DNA from: a virus
IMG/VR virus record: IMGVR_UViG_3300044614_002195
Location: 134,290-198,289 of that record
DNA: 64,000 nucleotides
Reading direction: 5' to 3' (one strand)
In this document: in pieces, positions 50,832-61,224 of the stretch
How positions within the stretch are numbered: position 1 is the first letter of the stretch
Layout: each line of letters opens with the position of its first letter
Made by a program: the position numbers and the translations under genes
Notes under the pieces: model-generated
Database searches by the model: none
Seen by the model: only the letters and a program-made list of their open reading frames with translations
What the model was told of the DNA's origin: nothing

Positions 50832-51944
50832 ATGAGAGGCATAGCTAGATCAGGACTTTTTAAAAGCCATGGATTAGATAAATCCTATGGACCTCCTTCT
50901 GCTAGCTTGCCCTCAGGAGTGGATTCTTCCGGTGTGCCTGTGGTAGTCGGAGTAAATGCTATATTGTACAATCCTAAAAATTTATTGTTTGGGTCTGTAA
51001 CTCCCCAAGCAGATATATCTTCAGGGTTAAGAGCTAATTTAAAAAATATAGCTAAAAACTCCACAAAGCCCCCTGTGGCTATGATTGTGTTCACAGCTTA
51101 TCACAAGCCTGATGCAGAACTGTTTGTTTCTGTAATATATTCTAAATATCCAAATTTTCCAGCAATTGAAGTTAAGGAAAAAAACATGATAGTGACTTCT
51201 GGTAATGCTGTGACTTTTAGCTTAATGGACTTAGATCCTGGCGCTACATATTATTTAAAAGCCCAAGCAAGATCATTAGAAACAGGCGTAAGCTGTTTGC
51301 CAACACCAGCATCACCAATCATAATAAACACACCAACAGCTCCTCAGAATGGCTGGTTTAGCGGCATATATTTTATAAACGGAGAAATTACAAGTTTAAA
51401 TCAATCAGGTACAGGTGAATGGGATGGTGTGTATTATGTTAACGCACAGCCTACGCAGTTAGTTAATCTTCCTAATTTTGGCTGGTCTGGAGTTTACAAC
51501 TATCAACAATACTATTATGGCGAGCTTGCGCACGGATTAATAGATGATAAATGGTGGAGGTATGGCGTACTAACAACTGAGGTATTCTTTAATAGCGGAA
51601 ACGGCCACTTGACTGACGGGCTTTTTTATCGAAACTACGTTCCATTTACAGGACGTTATAACGGCGAGTGGTATTACAAAGGTGTTTTAAAACAATTTAA
51701 TACGGACGGTTACGGCACTGACGGGTTTTTTACTTATATGAATGGCGATTTGTTCACAGGATTCGCAGGCGGAGTATACTATGTTAATGGTCTTCCGACT
51801 ACTTTAGGCGCCAACGGAATAGGAACATGGAATGGTCAGTATTATAGTGGAGGAGTTTATGTTGGAAATGTCGGAAATCCGTACGATTCCGGGCAAACAT
51901 CTAGCCAGGGAAGCAGATTTAGCGAGGGGGTAACCTATGGATAA
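50832..51944 (+). CDS. Virion-type protein with Gly/Tyr/Trp beta-repeats
   Basis: Repeated GxWxGxYYxNG units in the C-terminal half. Confidence 0.6.
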   Translation: MRGIARSGLFKSHGLDKSYGPPSASLPSGVDSSGVPVVVGVNAILYNPKNLLFGSVTPQADISSGLRANLKNIAKNSTKPPVAMIVFTAYHKPDAELFVSVIYSKYPNFPAIEVKEKNMIVTSGNAVTFSLMDLDPGATYYLKAQARSLETGVSCLPTPASPIIINTPTAPQNGWFSGIYFINGEITSLNQSGTGEWDGVYYVNAQPTQLVNLPNFGWSGVYNYQQYYYGELAHGLIDDKWWRYGVLTTEVFFNSGNGHLTDGLFYRNYVPFTGRYNGEWYYKGVLKQFNTDGYGTDGFFTYMNGDLFTGFAGGVYYVNGLPTTLGANGIGTWNGQYYSGGVYVGNVGNPYDSGQTSSQGSRFSEGVTYG

Positions 51945-53013
51945 TATTATTTCAGAAGAAGAGCTTCTTAAAAAAATCTCTGTCTGTTTCAATAGACCTA
52001 AAGATCTGACTAAATTTTATGCTGTAATTGATCCTGAAATATGGAAAAACGAAAAGCCTAAGCTTGATTTACCTAAAGACAAGGATCTTGTTTGGAGCGA
52101 ACCGTTAGATGGGGTTTATTTAATAAATCTACCTCTGATGAATATGTTCAAGCCGAAGTTGAGTAACGTGGACGAGTTATTCAAAGAAATAGTGGACTGC
52201 GGATTTAAGATAGACTCGAAGAGATTCTCTGTGCCAAGCAAATCAAAGCTAGTAGACATAGCTAAAGTTACAGACAAGCCTTCATTGGCTATAGTGAGTA
52301 TGTTTTCTCCAAAAGGTTTTGTTACCTATTGGGAGCAATTTCTAATTGATACTCTGCTGCCTGAGGATGTAGTTGTTGACATTGTTGTTGGTGACAATAC
52401 AAACAAAGAGGAATTTAAAACCTGGTTTGAAGGATTTAAAGAAAGAATGTCTGAGAAGTATAGGCACATACATAGAGTAGACTTAGGTGTTCCCCATAAG
52501 ACTGAAGATGATATGCACTGCATAGAAACAAACAGACATGCACATGTAGCCAGAACTTATTCTAAATTACTTTCTCAAATTGTAGATAGCTATGATTATA
52601 TTCTTACCGTAGAAGACGACATGGAGCCTACCCAAGATGGTCTTGTGCTATTGTATGAGCATATAAAAAACCTAGAAGACAATAACATCAAAGCTGCTTC
52701 AGTGGCAGGCTGCTATCCTCAGAAGATGGATCCAACTACTGTATGTATCAGTCTACAGCCTAAGATTTGGGGAAAAATACCTAAAGTAAAAAATGTAAAA
52801 CCGAAGTTGTTTAGAGTAGAAATGCAGGGTGGAGGATTTACTCTATATGACACAAGAGCAATCAAAAAGGTTCTTCCATACAGACTAGTTTTTAAAACGC
52901 TTTCAGGTAATTTCTACATGACTGGTTGGGACGGATATATTGGTGAAGAGTGGTCTAAAATAGGCTGGAAGCAATACTGTGACGGATCGGTGATGTGTAA
53001 TCACCATTTTTAA
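51937..53013 (+). CDS. Glycosyltransferase, GT-A/GT2-like
   Basis: YDYILTVEDD (DxD-like), GGGFTLY, DGSVMCNH. Confidence 0.7.
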   Translation: MDNIISEEELLKKISVCFNRPKDLTKFYAVIDPEIWKNEKPKLDLPKDKDLVWSEPLDGVYLINLPLMNMFKPKLSNVDELFKEIVDCGFKIDSKRFSVPSKSKLVDIAKVTDKPSLAIVSMFSPKGFVTYWEQFLIDTLLPEDVVVDIVVGDNTNKEEFKTWFEGFKERMSEKYRHIHRVDLGVPHKTEDDMHCIETNRHAHVARTYSKLLSQIVDSYDYILTVEDDMEPTQDGLVLLYEHIKNLEDNNIKAASVAGCYPQKMDPTTVCISLQPKIWGKIPKVKNVKPKLFRVEMQGGGFTLYDTRAIKKVLPYRLVFKTLSGNFYMTGWDGYIGEEWSKIGWKQYCDGSVMCNHHF

Positions 53014-53083
53014 TTAAAGCAAAATAAAATACTACAGTGTTCTCGATTTTTTTTGTGTGCTAGCTATAATAAGCATATACACA

Positions 53084-55543
53084 ATGAAAAATGTTTTTGT
53101 AAAAACACATATTTTTAGAGGCCAAAAAAGAACAAAAGAGTGTCTGCAAAATTTATCCAGTTCGGAAATTTCTGCAGACATATATATTAATAGCTTTTGC
53201 TATTTGTGTTATAGGGTTATTGATTCAAGCTTGCAGGAAGATTTAAGCAAATCTACCGGCTTGTTTTTATTTAAAAATTTTAAAAAAGCTCAAAGCAGAC
53301 TGGAGGAAATAAGCTGCCCCGCAGTTAAAGCCAGGTGGTACTCTTCTTTAGTTATGGCTTATTGTTACATGTATACGCAATTAATTGGATTTGATGAAAA
53401 TATTTTTGAAATAACTTTAGATTTTGTAAAAAAGGACACCACAAAATTTTGGAAGAACTCCATAGTCAATTCGATGATGTGTCGTCTTGCTTGCGTGGCA
53501 CACATGATTAAAAAAGAAAACTACAAAGAGGCAAACGCTTTAATCTCTGAGTCTGACGATGTGTATAAAAAGGCTGTAACTGACTTTGATACAAAAAGTT
53601 TTTTTGATACACTTTTTGAAATTAGTGACGCGACAAAATTGTATTTTTGTATTATTCTTTTTGGGAAAATTAGCGGGTATCCTTTAATTTATTCTGTCGA
53701 TAAAATATTTGCTAGGCTTGTATACCAACAACTACACAATCCTTATAATTCTTTAAATAGTTACTACAAGCTAATATGCAGTATAATACCTGAATTAAAT
53801 TTTAATCCTAAAGATTCGGAAAATTTAGAATTTACAAATAAGTACATCATCTCTACAGATTTAAAGAGTTTTTTGCCTGAAGATTTTTGTTTAAAAACAT
53901 ACAGAGAACTTAACCCCGATGTGGCAAATCAGCCTGATTCTTGGTTAATGCAGCACTTTAAAGCTAAACCAGAAAGACCGTATAAAATAGATACTAAAGA
54001 TCTGCCGGTAGATTTTTCTGCAGACACCTACAGAAAATTAAATCCAGATATATCTAAATTCTCTGATAAACAACTAATTAACCATTACGTTAGTACAGGT
54101 AAAAAAGAAAATAGATTTTACAAAATAAAAACAGAGCTGCTGCCTTTGGATTTTGATGTAACTGCGTATAAAAAGTATAATTTAGACATAGAGAAATATA
54201 GTGATGAGGCAGCTACGTTACATTATTTAAATTTTGGAAAAAAAGAAAACAGGGTATACAAAGTAAGCTTGCCTGAATTTTTTGATGTAGAGCAATATCG
54301 GTTTTTTAACAAAGATATTGCAGGTTTATCAAAAGATCAACTTGAAGCACATTACGAAGCTTTCGGTAAAACAGAAGGTAGAAAATATTTTGATAGACTT
54401 TTTGATTTAGCTTTTTTTATTAAGTATAACAATTTACCTCAAAACGCGTCATATTTAGATTATGCTGAGGATATACGAAAAATAAAAAGTAAAAAAATAT
54501 TAGATGATATAGAAAAAATTGATTGTGCCTACAAGGGAGCAATTCTGCTAGTTAATCATTTAAGCTCATTTAACGGAGCTACGCAATATCTTGCGGGGCT
54601 TTACTCTGAGTTAAAAATGAGTAGCACCGATAAAAAAATCTATTTTGTAGACTCGGCACAAAATGTAAGACTGCGAGATAAATACTGTATAGCTGCAGAA
54701 GACTATATTTCATACGAAGAAGACAGCACTATTCTTTATTATATATGCTCAAAAATAGAGCCTTACAGAATATATTTTAATTCTATCAATTCAAATTATT
54801 CCGATGTAATAAAATGGCTAGATAGTAAATTAATTTTATGGCATTCTCATGAAGTTAAAAAACATTTTGAATATCTATCCGATGTATTTGCGCCCACGCA
54901 CGTAGTGTCGTCTAGAATACAAAAAGAGTACACAGTAAATTTACCTAAAATACAAAAAGAAGTTTTGACTAAAAAAGAGCTAGACTTGATAGATAGTTTA
55001 AAATTTGAAAAAATTTGCGATATAAAAAATAATGTAAATACTTTAAATTTAGAAAAAATAACAATAGGTATGTGTGGCAGCTTGTGTGATAGGAAAAACT
55101 ACAGGCTGTTTGTGGAGCTTGCAAAAATTTACACAGATTATAATTTTTTATGGATTGGTGGGGATCGAGACATTCACGACGACAATCTACTAAATTTTTA
55201 TCAAATTAGATATACAGCAAATCCTTATAGCTATTTTTCTAAATTAGATTATTTTTTTCTTACTTCTCAAGTAGATCCTTGTCCTTATGTGGTGTTGGAA
55301 AATTTGTATCTCGGAAATTGTGTGATAACATTTAAAGAAAATATTTACACTGACCATAAATGCGAGCTATTAACAGGAGTATATTTTGAATACCCAGGAG
55401 AATTGAACATAAGCACCGCCTGCGCAGCTTTAAATAAATTTGTACACCCATCAGTCAAACCTCTAAAAAGTAGTAACGGTGCCAGGTATGTTGTTGACAA
55501 TTTTAGCCGTTTTGACAGAGAATTATTAGAACTTTTAAAATAA
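53084..55543 (+). CDS. GT4-like glycosyltransferase with internal repeats
   Basis: xDFxxxxYxxxNxD...HY...GKxExR repeats; GMCGSLCDRKN, SQVDPCPYVVLE. Confidence 0.75.
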   Translation: MKNVFVKTHIFRGQKRTKECLQNLSSSEISADIYINSFCYLCYRVIDSSLQEDLSKSTGLFLFKNFKKAQSRLEEISCPAVKARWYSSLVMAYCYMYTQLIGFDENIFEITLDFVKKDTTKFWKNSIVNSMMCRLACVAHMIKKENYKEANALISESDDVYKKAVTDFDTKSFFDTLFEISDATKLYFCIILFGKISGYPLIYSVDKIFARLVYQQLHNPYNSLNSYYKLICSIIPELNFNPKDSENLEFTNKYIISTDLKSFLPEDFCLKTYRELNPDVANQPDSWLMQHFKAKPERPYKIDTKDLPVDFSADTYRKLNPDISKFSDKQLINHYVSTGKKENRFYKIKTELLPLDFDVTAYKKYNLDIEKYSDEAATLHYLNFGKKENRVYKVSLPEFFDVEQYRFFNKDIAGLSKDQLEAHYEAFGKTEGRKYFDRLFDLAFFIKYNNLPQNASYLDYAEDIRKIKSKKILDDIEKIDCAYKGAILLVNHLSSFNGATQYLAGLYSELKMSSTDKKIYFVDSAQNVRLRDKYCIAAEDYISYEEDSTILYYICSKIEPYRIYFNSINSNYSDVIKWLDSKLILWHSHEVKKHFEYLSDVFAPTHVVSSRIQKEYTVNLPKIQKEVLTKKELDLIDSLKFEKICDIKNNVNTLNLEKITIGMCGSLCDRKNYRLFVELAKIYTDYNFLWIGGDRDIHDDNLLNFYQIRYTANPYSYFSKLDYFFLTSQVDPCPYVVLENLYLGNCVITFKENIYTDHKCELLTGVYFEYPGELNISTACAALNKFVHPSVKPLKSSNGARYVVDNFSRFDRELLELLK

Positions 55544-55549
55544 AAAATT

Positions 55550-56485
55550 ATGAAATCTGGAAAAATTTGGGGAAATACTGAATTAGTGGAAGCAAACGGG
55601 CTGTTAGAATTTCACAGAATTGAAGGCAAGGCCGGAGGAACATGCAGCAAGCACAAGCATAAATTTAAATGGAATGGATTTTTTGTAGAGTCAGGTAAAT
55701 TACTTATACGCTCTTGGAAAAATGACTACGACCTTGTAGACGAGACAATATTAACTGCCGGGCAGTACACAAAAATCCCTCCTGGCGAGGTACATCAATT
55801 TGAAGTAATTGAAGATTGCGTAGCTTTTGAATTATATTGGGCTGAGTTTAATCATAACGATATAGAGAGAGAAACTTGCGGGTTTATTGGCGCAACCCGC
55901 TCGGAGCAATTATTAAATTTTAAACACCAACAAGAATATATTGAAATATACAAAAAGAACCCCAACTACGGTTCTGACGAAAGAAAATCTATCGTTATGT
56001 TTCTTGAAACCCTGATTAAGCAGCATAATATTAAATCTCTTTTTGATTATGGTTGCGGGTTAAATCAAATGGTTATCAAAAGGGTCATGGAAATTTTTCC
56101 AGATCTGCTCTGCCTTGGTTATGACTTTGCAGTATTAGATTCTCAGTGTAACGCAATTTTAACTAACAAGTTACCAGTGGATCAAAATTTTGATTTAGTT
56201 ATATCTACAGATTGCTTTGAGCATATACCTAAAAATGAATTAAATTTAGTTTGGAAGGCATTGTCTACACTTTCTCCAAAAGTCATGTATCACCATATAA
56301 GCACTAGACTAGCTGGTCAGTTGTTGAGTGATGGTTCAAATGCTCACGCTACCGTTGAGAATGCTTCATGGTGGATCGAAGAAATGACTAAAGCTTTCCC
56401 TAATTATGTAATTCAAGATGTTACAACAAGCGGGAGTTCTCCTGCACAGTTTGTTGCACTTGTATTAACTAGCAATCAAATATAA
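55550..56485 (+). CDS. Cupin fused to class I SAM-dependent methyltransferase
   Basis: SKHKHKFKWNGFFVESG/IPPGEVHQF cupin; LFDYGCG, DLVISTDCFEHIP. Confidence 0.8.
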   Translation: MKSGKIWGNTELVEANGLLEFHRIEGKAGGTCSKHKHKFKWNGFFVESGKLLIRSWKNDYDLVDETILTAGQYTKIPPGEVHQFEVIEDCVAFELYWAEFNHNDIERETCGFIGATRSEQLLNFKHQQEYIEIYKKNPNYGSDERKSIVMFLETLIKQHNIKSLFDYGCGLNQMVIKRVMEIFPDLLCLGYDFAVLDSQCNAILTNKLPVDQNFDLVISTDCFEHIPKNELNLVWKALSTLSPKVMYHHISTRLAGQLLSDGSNAHATVENASWWIEEMTKAFPNYVIQDVTTSGSSPAQFVALVLTSNQI

Positions 56486-57427
56486 ATGAAGTCTCCACTT
56501 AAAGTTGTTTTAAAAACAAGAGACGCTGATTTTTTTATAAGAGATTGGCTGCGTTACTATATAAGACTTGTAGGCTCAGAAAATATAATTGTGGTAGATA
56601 ACCACAGTGTATCTCAATATGTATTAGACACTTATAAAGAATTTAAAGTTAAGGTATACAAAACACCTGAAACTTTTGTAACTCACGACGCAATACACAA
56701 CTCTCAAAGGTTCCCTATTCTTTTTGAAGAACTAGTGGATACTTGCAATTTTTTTACAATTATAGACACTGATGAATTTCTTTGTTTTTTTGATTACGAA
56801 AAAAACTGCATAGTTAACGAAAATTTATTACAGTACATCGTAGATAACAAAGATAGCCGAGCGTTTACGCCTCCGTGGATATATAATTATAATTACGGAG
56901 CAAATTTTTTAACACCCAAAGATGTTTTTGATTTTAATTTTAACTTAACTTTAAATAATTCCGGAAGTGGTAAAATTATATTAAACGCTGAAAATATTAA
57001 AAAATATCCTGGTATGCATATTGGCCATAACGCCGGTATAAAAAAAGAAATAAATTTTGGAGTAGTTCAGCCAAGCCCTATGCTCTTGCTACATTTAAAT
57101 AATGCTAATTGGGAGGTGCAGATAAACAGTAAAATTCAATCTCTCTCCAATATGTACAAATGCAAAACCACTCAAGAAGTTTTAAATATACTAAATTCTA
57201 AAAAACATGAAAAATATGAAGAAAAAGTGGTGGTGAGTTATTTAAAGGATAGTGCGGCTTTTTTAAAGCAGAAAACTACACATATCAGCGATAAAAAACC
57301 AACTCTTAGAACAAATTTATTGAGAGAATATCCTGAGGGGAACAACTACAGTACGGAATTTTTGAATTTAAAAAATGTCTGCGTAAAAGAATTATTGATC
57401 AAAATTCATATAGACCAATTTAAATAA
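56486..57427 (+). CDS. Glycosyltransferase family 2/92-like
   Basis: IRDWLRYY, VVDNHS, IIDTDEF. Confidence 0.75.
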   Translation: MKSPLKVVLKTRDADFFIRDWLRYYIRLVGSENIIVVDNHSVSQYVLDTYKEFKVKVYKTPETFVTHDAIHNSQRFPILFEELVDTCNFFTIIDTDEFLCFFDYEKNCIVNENLLQYIVDNKDSRAFTPPWIYNYNYGANFLTPKDVFDFNFNLTLNNSGSGKIILNAENIKKYPGMHIGHNAGIKKEINFGVVQPSPMLLLHLNNANWEVQINSKIQSLSNMYKCKTTQEVLNILNSKKHEKYEEKVVVSYLKDSAAFLKQKTTHISDKKPTLRTNLLREYPEGNNYSTEFLNLKNVCVKELLIKIHIDQFK

Positions 57428-57429
57428 CT

Positions 57430-58077
57430 ATGGAGTATAAACATATAATTTCGCTAGGTATGCTGTGTTTCGGTAGACAATTTATTGACTACTATAAAAT
57501 TAGAGAAAAATTTCCAATAAGAATGCCTTTTGATGGAGCATATCATTCCTATGCGTTTATGTGTGCAAGCATCAAAAATAACTTCCAAGGTTATTTAGAC
57601 GGAGTGACATTAAAAACTTTTGACACAGGAAAGTTTCAATGGGAAAAAAATTTAAAATCTAGAAAAAGACATGATTTAAGCCAAGCTTACTGGGGGCACG
57701 AATCTAAAGATAATTTTATAGATTTTGAGCAAACAAACAATTTACGTATAAAACAATTTAATGATGTATTGGGTACACCAGATATGTCTATTTTGTTTTT
57801 TTTGCTACGCGACGAAGATACGCATAACGTAAACATCGAAGAGTTACATGCTGCACTTAATTTCAGCTATCCAGAATTAAAATACCACGTTTTTCAATTA
57901 AATACAATTGCCCCAAATTACTACAAGCAATACTTAGAAAAATCTACTTATTTAGGAAAACCGTTTATTGGCGAACCAGGTAAAAATTTCCATTCTCAAG
58001 TTTTTAGTACTTCTTATGGCCGGCAATACTGTGCTGAACTACTTGAAGAGCTATGGCCTGCGTTAAAAATAAAATAA
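57430..58077 (+). CDS. DUF1796-like (papain-like) protein
   Basis: IISLGMLC...MPFD. Confidence 0.5.
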   Translation: MEYKHIISLGMLCFGRQFIDYYKIREKFPIRMPFDGAYHSYAFMCASIKNNFQGYLDGVTLKTFDTGKFQWEKNLKSRKRHDLSQAYWGHESKDNFIDFEQTNNLRIKQFNDVLGTPDMSILFFLLRDEDTHNVNIEELHAALNFSYPELKYHVFQLNTIAPNYYKQYLEKSTYLGKPFIGEPGKNFHSQVFSTSYGRQYCAELLEELWPALKIK

Positions 58078-58128
58078 ATTGATGTTATTTTTTAACCTTG
58101 TATAATTGTAATTAACCGATAAAAAACT

Positions 58129-59205
58129 ATGAATGACTTAACCAACTTGTCTATTGAGGAAATAGAGGCTTTAATTAACGAAGAAAATGTTAAAATTGCA
58201 GAATATTACGAGACTTGGGAAAATGCCTTGTCTCCTGAGCTGGTGGATTTGCGCCGTACCTTTAGAGAAGCACACAACAAAACCGTGTATCCTTTACTTA
58301 AGTTAAAGGAAGAAAAAATTTTACAGGAAAAAATTAAAAAAGCGCTTGAAGAAAATCCTTTAGTTAAAGAAGTGGAAAAAGAGGTTCCTGCAAAAGCTGA
58401 AGCAGCAGCTAAACCTAATGTGTCTGCTCCTTCAGTGAGCACAAAACGCAATCACTATCTTCTGCCTTTACTTAAAAAGGCAATGGCAGCCAGATGCCAT
58501 ACATGGTTAGTCGGCCCTGCAGGTAGCGGTAAATCTACTTTGGCGGCTAATGCCGCAGCAGAATTAAAAATGCCCTATGCCGCACTTAGCGTTTGCAGCC
58601 AGACCACCAAAACAGATTTCTTGGGTTATCTTGATGCTCATGGCGTTTACAGATCTACTAGCTTCCGCGAGATCTACGAGAACGGCGGTATTTTCTGCTT
58701 GGATGAAGTTGATAACGGTAATGCTAACGTGCTGGCCGTTCTCAACAGTTCACTATCTGGAGACGAAACACTGTTCCCTGATAAGGTGGTTAAGAAGCAC
58801 AAAAACTTTGTTGTCGTATCTTGCGCCAATACTTTTGGTCTAGGTTCTTCTATTAGCTATGTCGGACGTACACAGATCGACGCAGCCACACTAGATCGCT
58901 TCTTCTTTGTTGAGATGCCTTACGATGACGGTCTTGAAGCTCACGTTGCAGGTTTCCCTGGTGTAGCTTCTCCTAAATGGAATGACGGCGCAGGTAAAGT
59001 TCCTACAGTTGAAGCTTGGTTGGCTACAGTGCAAAAGGTTAGAGACGCTGTGGCTGAGTTGGGAGCAAAAGCCATTATTTCTCCTCGTGCCACATATAAC
59101 GGCATTGCGCTGATCAAGCAGGGGGTGCCTCAGCAGTTCCTTGAAAAGGGTCTCTTGTACAAGAGTCTTTCTGCTGAAACTGTAGCTAAAATTCGCCAGG
59201 CTTAA
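58129..59205 (+). CDS. MoxR/CobS-like AAA+ ATPase
   Basis: GPAGSGKS Walker A, CLDEVDNG Walker B, ANTFG, DAATLDRF, SPRAT. Confidence 0.88.
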   Translation: MNDLTNLSIEEIEALINEENVKIAEYYETWENALSPELVDLRRTFREAHNKTVYPLLKLKEEKILQEKIKKALEENPLVKEVEKEVPAKAEAAAKPNVSAPSVSTKRNHYLLPLLKKAMAARCHTWLVGPAGSGKSTLAANAAAELKMPYAALSVCSQTTKTDFLGYLDAHGVYRSTSFREIYENGGIFCLDEVDNGNANVLAVLNSSLSGDETLFPDKVVKKHKNFVVVSCANTFGLGSSISYVGRTQIDAATLDRFFFVEMPYDDGLEAHVAGFPGVASPKWNDGAGKVPTVEAWLATVQKVRDAVAELGAKAIISPRATYNGIALIKQGVPQQFLEKGLLYKSLSAETVAKIRQA

Positions 59206-59209
59206 TAGC

Positions 59210-59989
59210 ATGGATACAACTATCAAATTCGAATCTACAGAGGATTTTGTAGATTTCGTAGATCATGCCAGCATGATGGATGTGCTCAGCTCAGCCAGAT
59301 CTGGCTGGGTTGACGGAGCGGTAGCTATACATGACCTATTGCAGAGTTTGTCGTTGCATATTGAGCCTGAAAAATTCTGGAAAGAATTCAACCCAAGCCT
59401 TAGTGGTTTGTTCTTTGATATTGGGCTCGTGTGTGCAGGTATTCCTGAATGCTGGTTAGAGCCTCAAGATGCTCAGAACAGAGGTTCATATGTATCTACT
59501 GATCCTGACGAAGAACGTAGAATTATCAACATAGGCTACAATGTTACTACTCCGTATAATTTCTCTAAAACAAGCATTATTGAGCGTGGAGCAATTACTG
59601 CCATTCTTGCCTATCTTTTAGAGCAGTCTGGAAGAGCTGTGAGTATTACGCAATACTGTAGCATATCTAAGAATAATCATAACTTCTACGGATCTCTAGT
59701 TGTTAAGCCTGCGGATAGACTATTGGATATGGACTTGTTGAGCTTCTGGCTTGTAAGTCCTGATTCTTTCCGTAAATGCTGGATGCGCGTGCTGGAAGGT
59801 TTACCTAATGCGAGGAAGTTAGGTTTAGATAATGGAATGTATGGCAGTCCTGAACCCTTGTACGGTATCGAGCTTTCTGATGTTTTTGTTAGGGGAATCA
59901 GAAACAAAACAGATCTCTGGACAAGGAAAGATAGTGTTGACTGGGTGTGTGCTTCACTAGAGAAGTTGCAGATCAAATATTTGGTGTAA
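59210..59989 (+). CDS. CobT/vWA-like partner protein
   Basis: Directly follows the AAA gene; FDIGLVCAGIPECW, IIERGA, VVKPADR pattern. Confidence 0.55.
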   Translation: MDTTIKFESTEDFVDFVDHASMMDVLSSARSGWVDGAVAIHDLLQSLSLHIEPEKFWKEFNPSLSGLFFDIGLVCAGIPECWLEPQDAQNRGSYVSTDPDEERRIINIGYNVTTPYNFSKTSIIERGAITAILAYLLEQSGRAVSITQYCSISKNNHNFYGSLVVKPADRLLDMDLLSFWLVSPDSFRKCWMRVLEGLPNARKLGLDNGMYGSPEPLYGIELSDVFVRGIRNKTDLWTRKDSVDWVCASLEKLQIKYLV

Positions 59990-60032
59990 AAATAGTTGAT
60001 CAGTTATAAATGATAGGTATAGTCATAGAACT

Positions 60033-61184
60033 ATGCCTACTAACTTACATTGTTTAGGTGTTCCGCACACCGTAACTCACCCAGATTATTCAGCCTGTGC
60101 TTTCACGCAGAAAGTACTTAAGTTCTTGGAGATGTACAAGGACGACCCTAACTATAGGACAATCCATTATGGCCATCCAGATTCAATAACTTCTGCACAC
60201 GAGCAGGTTAATGTAACAAATAACGACATCCTCCAACAAACATACGGCAATTATGATTGGCGCAAAAATCAGTTTAAACATGACTCAGGAGATCTAGCTC
60301 ACAAGGTATTTAATACATGGGCAGCTAAAGCTATTATTGAACGTAAGCAGCGCGGCGATCTTGTTCTAGCTTTTTGGGGAGGCACATCTCAAGCATGCTT
60401 TGACGCTAATAAAGATGGCGATTTAATTGTTGTCGAACCTGGCATTGGTTCGGCGGGGGCCTTTGCCAAATTTAGGTGCTACGAGTCTTATCCTCTACGT
60501 GCTGCTTTTGTGGGAACTAACGGCGTAGCTAGATGCTATCCTGAATGGTATTGGAGAGTTGTTCCAAACTATTTTGATTTGCGTAACTTTGATACTACCC
60601 TTGAGAGAGAAGACTACGCTATCTATATCGGCAGAATTGGCAGGAATAAAGGATTGGATATTGCTATTGATGCCTGCAGTCGTATGGGTATTAAGCTTAA
60701 AATTGCAGGCCAGGGAGGACCTGACGGGGTAGGCCTTAAAGAATGGCCTGCGCATGTGGAATTTGTTGGCTACGCTGATATTGAAAAGCGTAAAGAGCTT
60801 ATGGGTAAAGCTAAGTTTGGCTTTCTGCTTAGTACTTACTGGGAACCATTTGGCGGTACGGCTGTAGAAATGATGCTCAGTGGCTGCGTACCTATTCTTA
60901 GCGATATGGGAGCTATGACAGAATATTGCGTAGACGGACTAAACGGGTTTAGGTGCAATACTATGGGAGATATCCTGAGGGCTATCAGGCTTGTCGATAC
61001 TATTGATCGCAATCGTATGGTTCAGTTTGCTAGAGACAACTTCAGTCTTGCGAATGTTAAACCCAAATTCGATAGAGCGTTTGATGACTTCAAAGATGTG
61101 TTTAACTCTAAAGGTTGGTATGAAGATCACAACCGTCCATTGAGTGTTGGACAAGGATTAAACTATCGTGCGTTATACGTATAA
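60033..61184 (+). CDS. GT4 glycosyltransferase
   Basis: YIGRIGRNKG, YWEPFGGTAVEMMLSGCVPI...GAMTEY. Confidence 0.88.
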   Translation: MPTNLHCLGVPHTVTHPDYSACAFTQKVLKFLEMYKDDPNYRTIHYGHPDSITSAHEQVNVTNNDILQQTYGNYDWRKNQFKHDSGDLAHKVFNTWAAKAIIERKQRGDLVLAFWGGTSQACFDANKDGDLIVVEPGIGSAGAFAKFRCYESYPLRAAFVGTNGVARCYPEWYWRVVPNYFDLRNFDTTLEREDYAIYIGRIGRNKGLDIAIDACSRMGIKLKIAGQGGPDGVGLKEWPAHVEFVGYADIEKRKELMGKAKFGFLLSTYWEPFGGTAVEMMLSGCVPILSDMGAMTEYCVDGLNGFRCNTMGDILRAIRLVDTIDRNRMVQFARDNFSLANVKPKFDRAFDDFKDVFNSKGWYEDHNRPLSVGQGLNYRALYV

Positions 61185-61224
61185 ATTTAAACGAGTACAT
61201 ACCGTCTACATCTAGACAATACTT

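Noticed and set aside
58129-59989. Cobalamin biosynthesis auxiliary genes
   Set aside because: No cobN or other cob genes are present; the motifs fit a generic MoxR/vWA pair.
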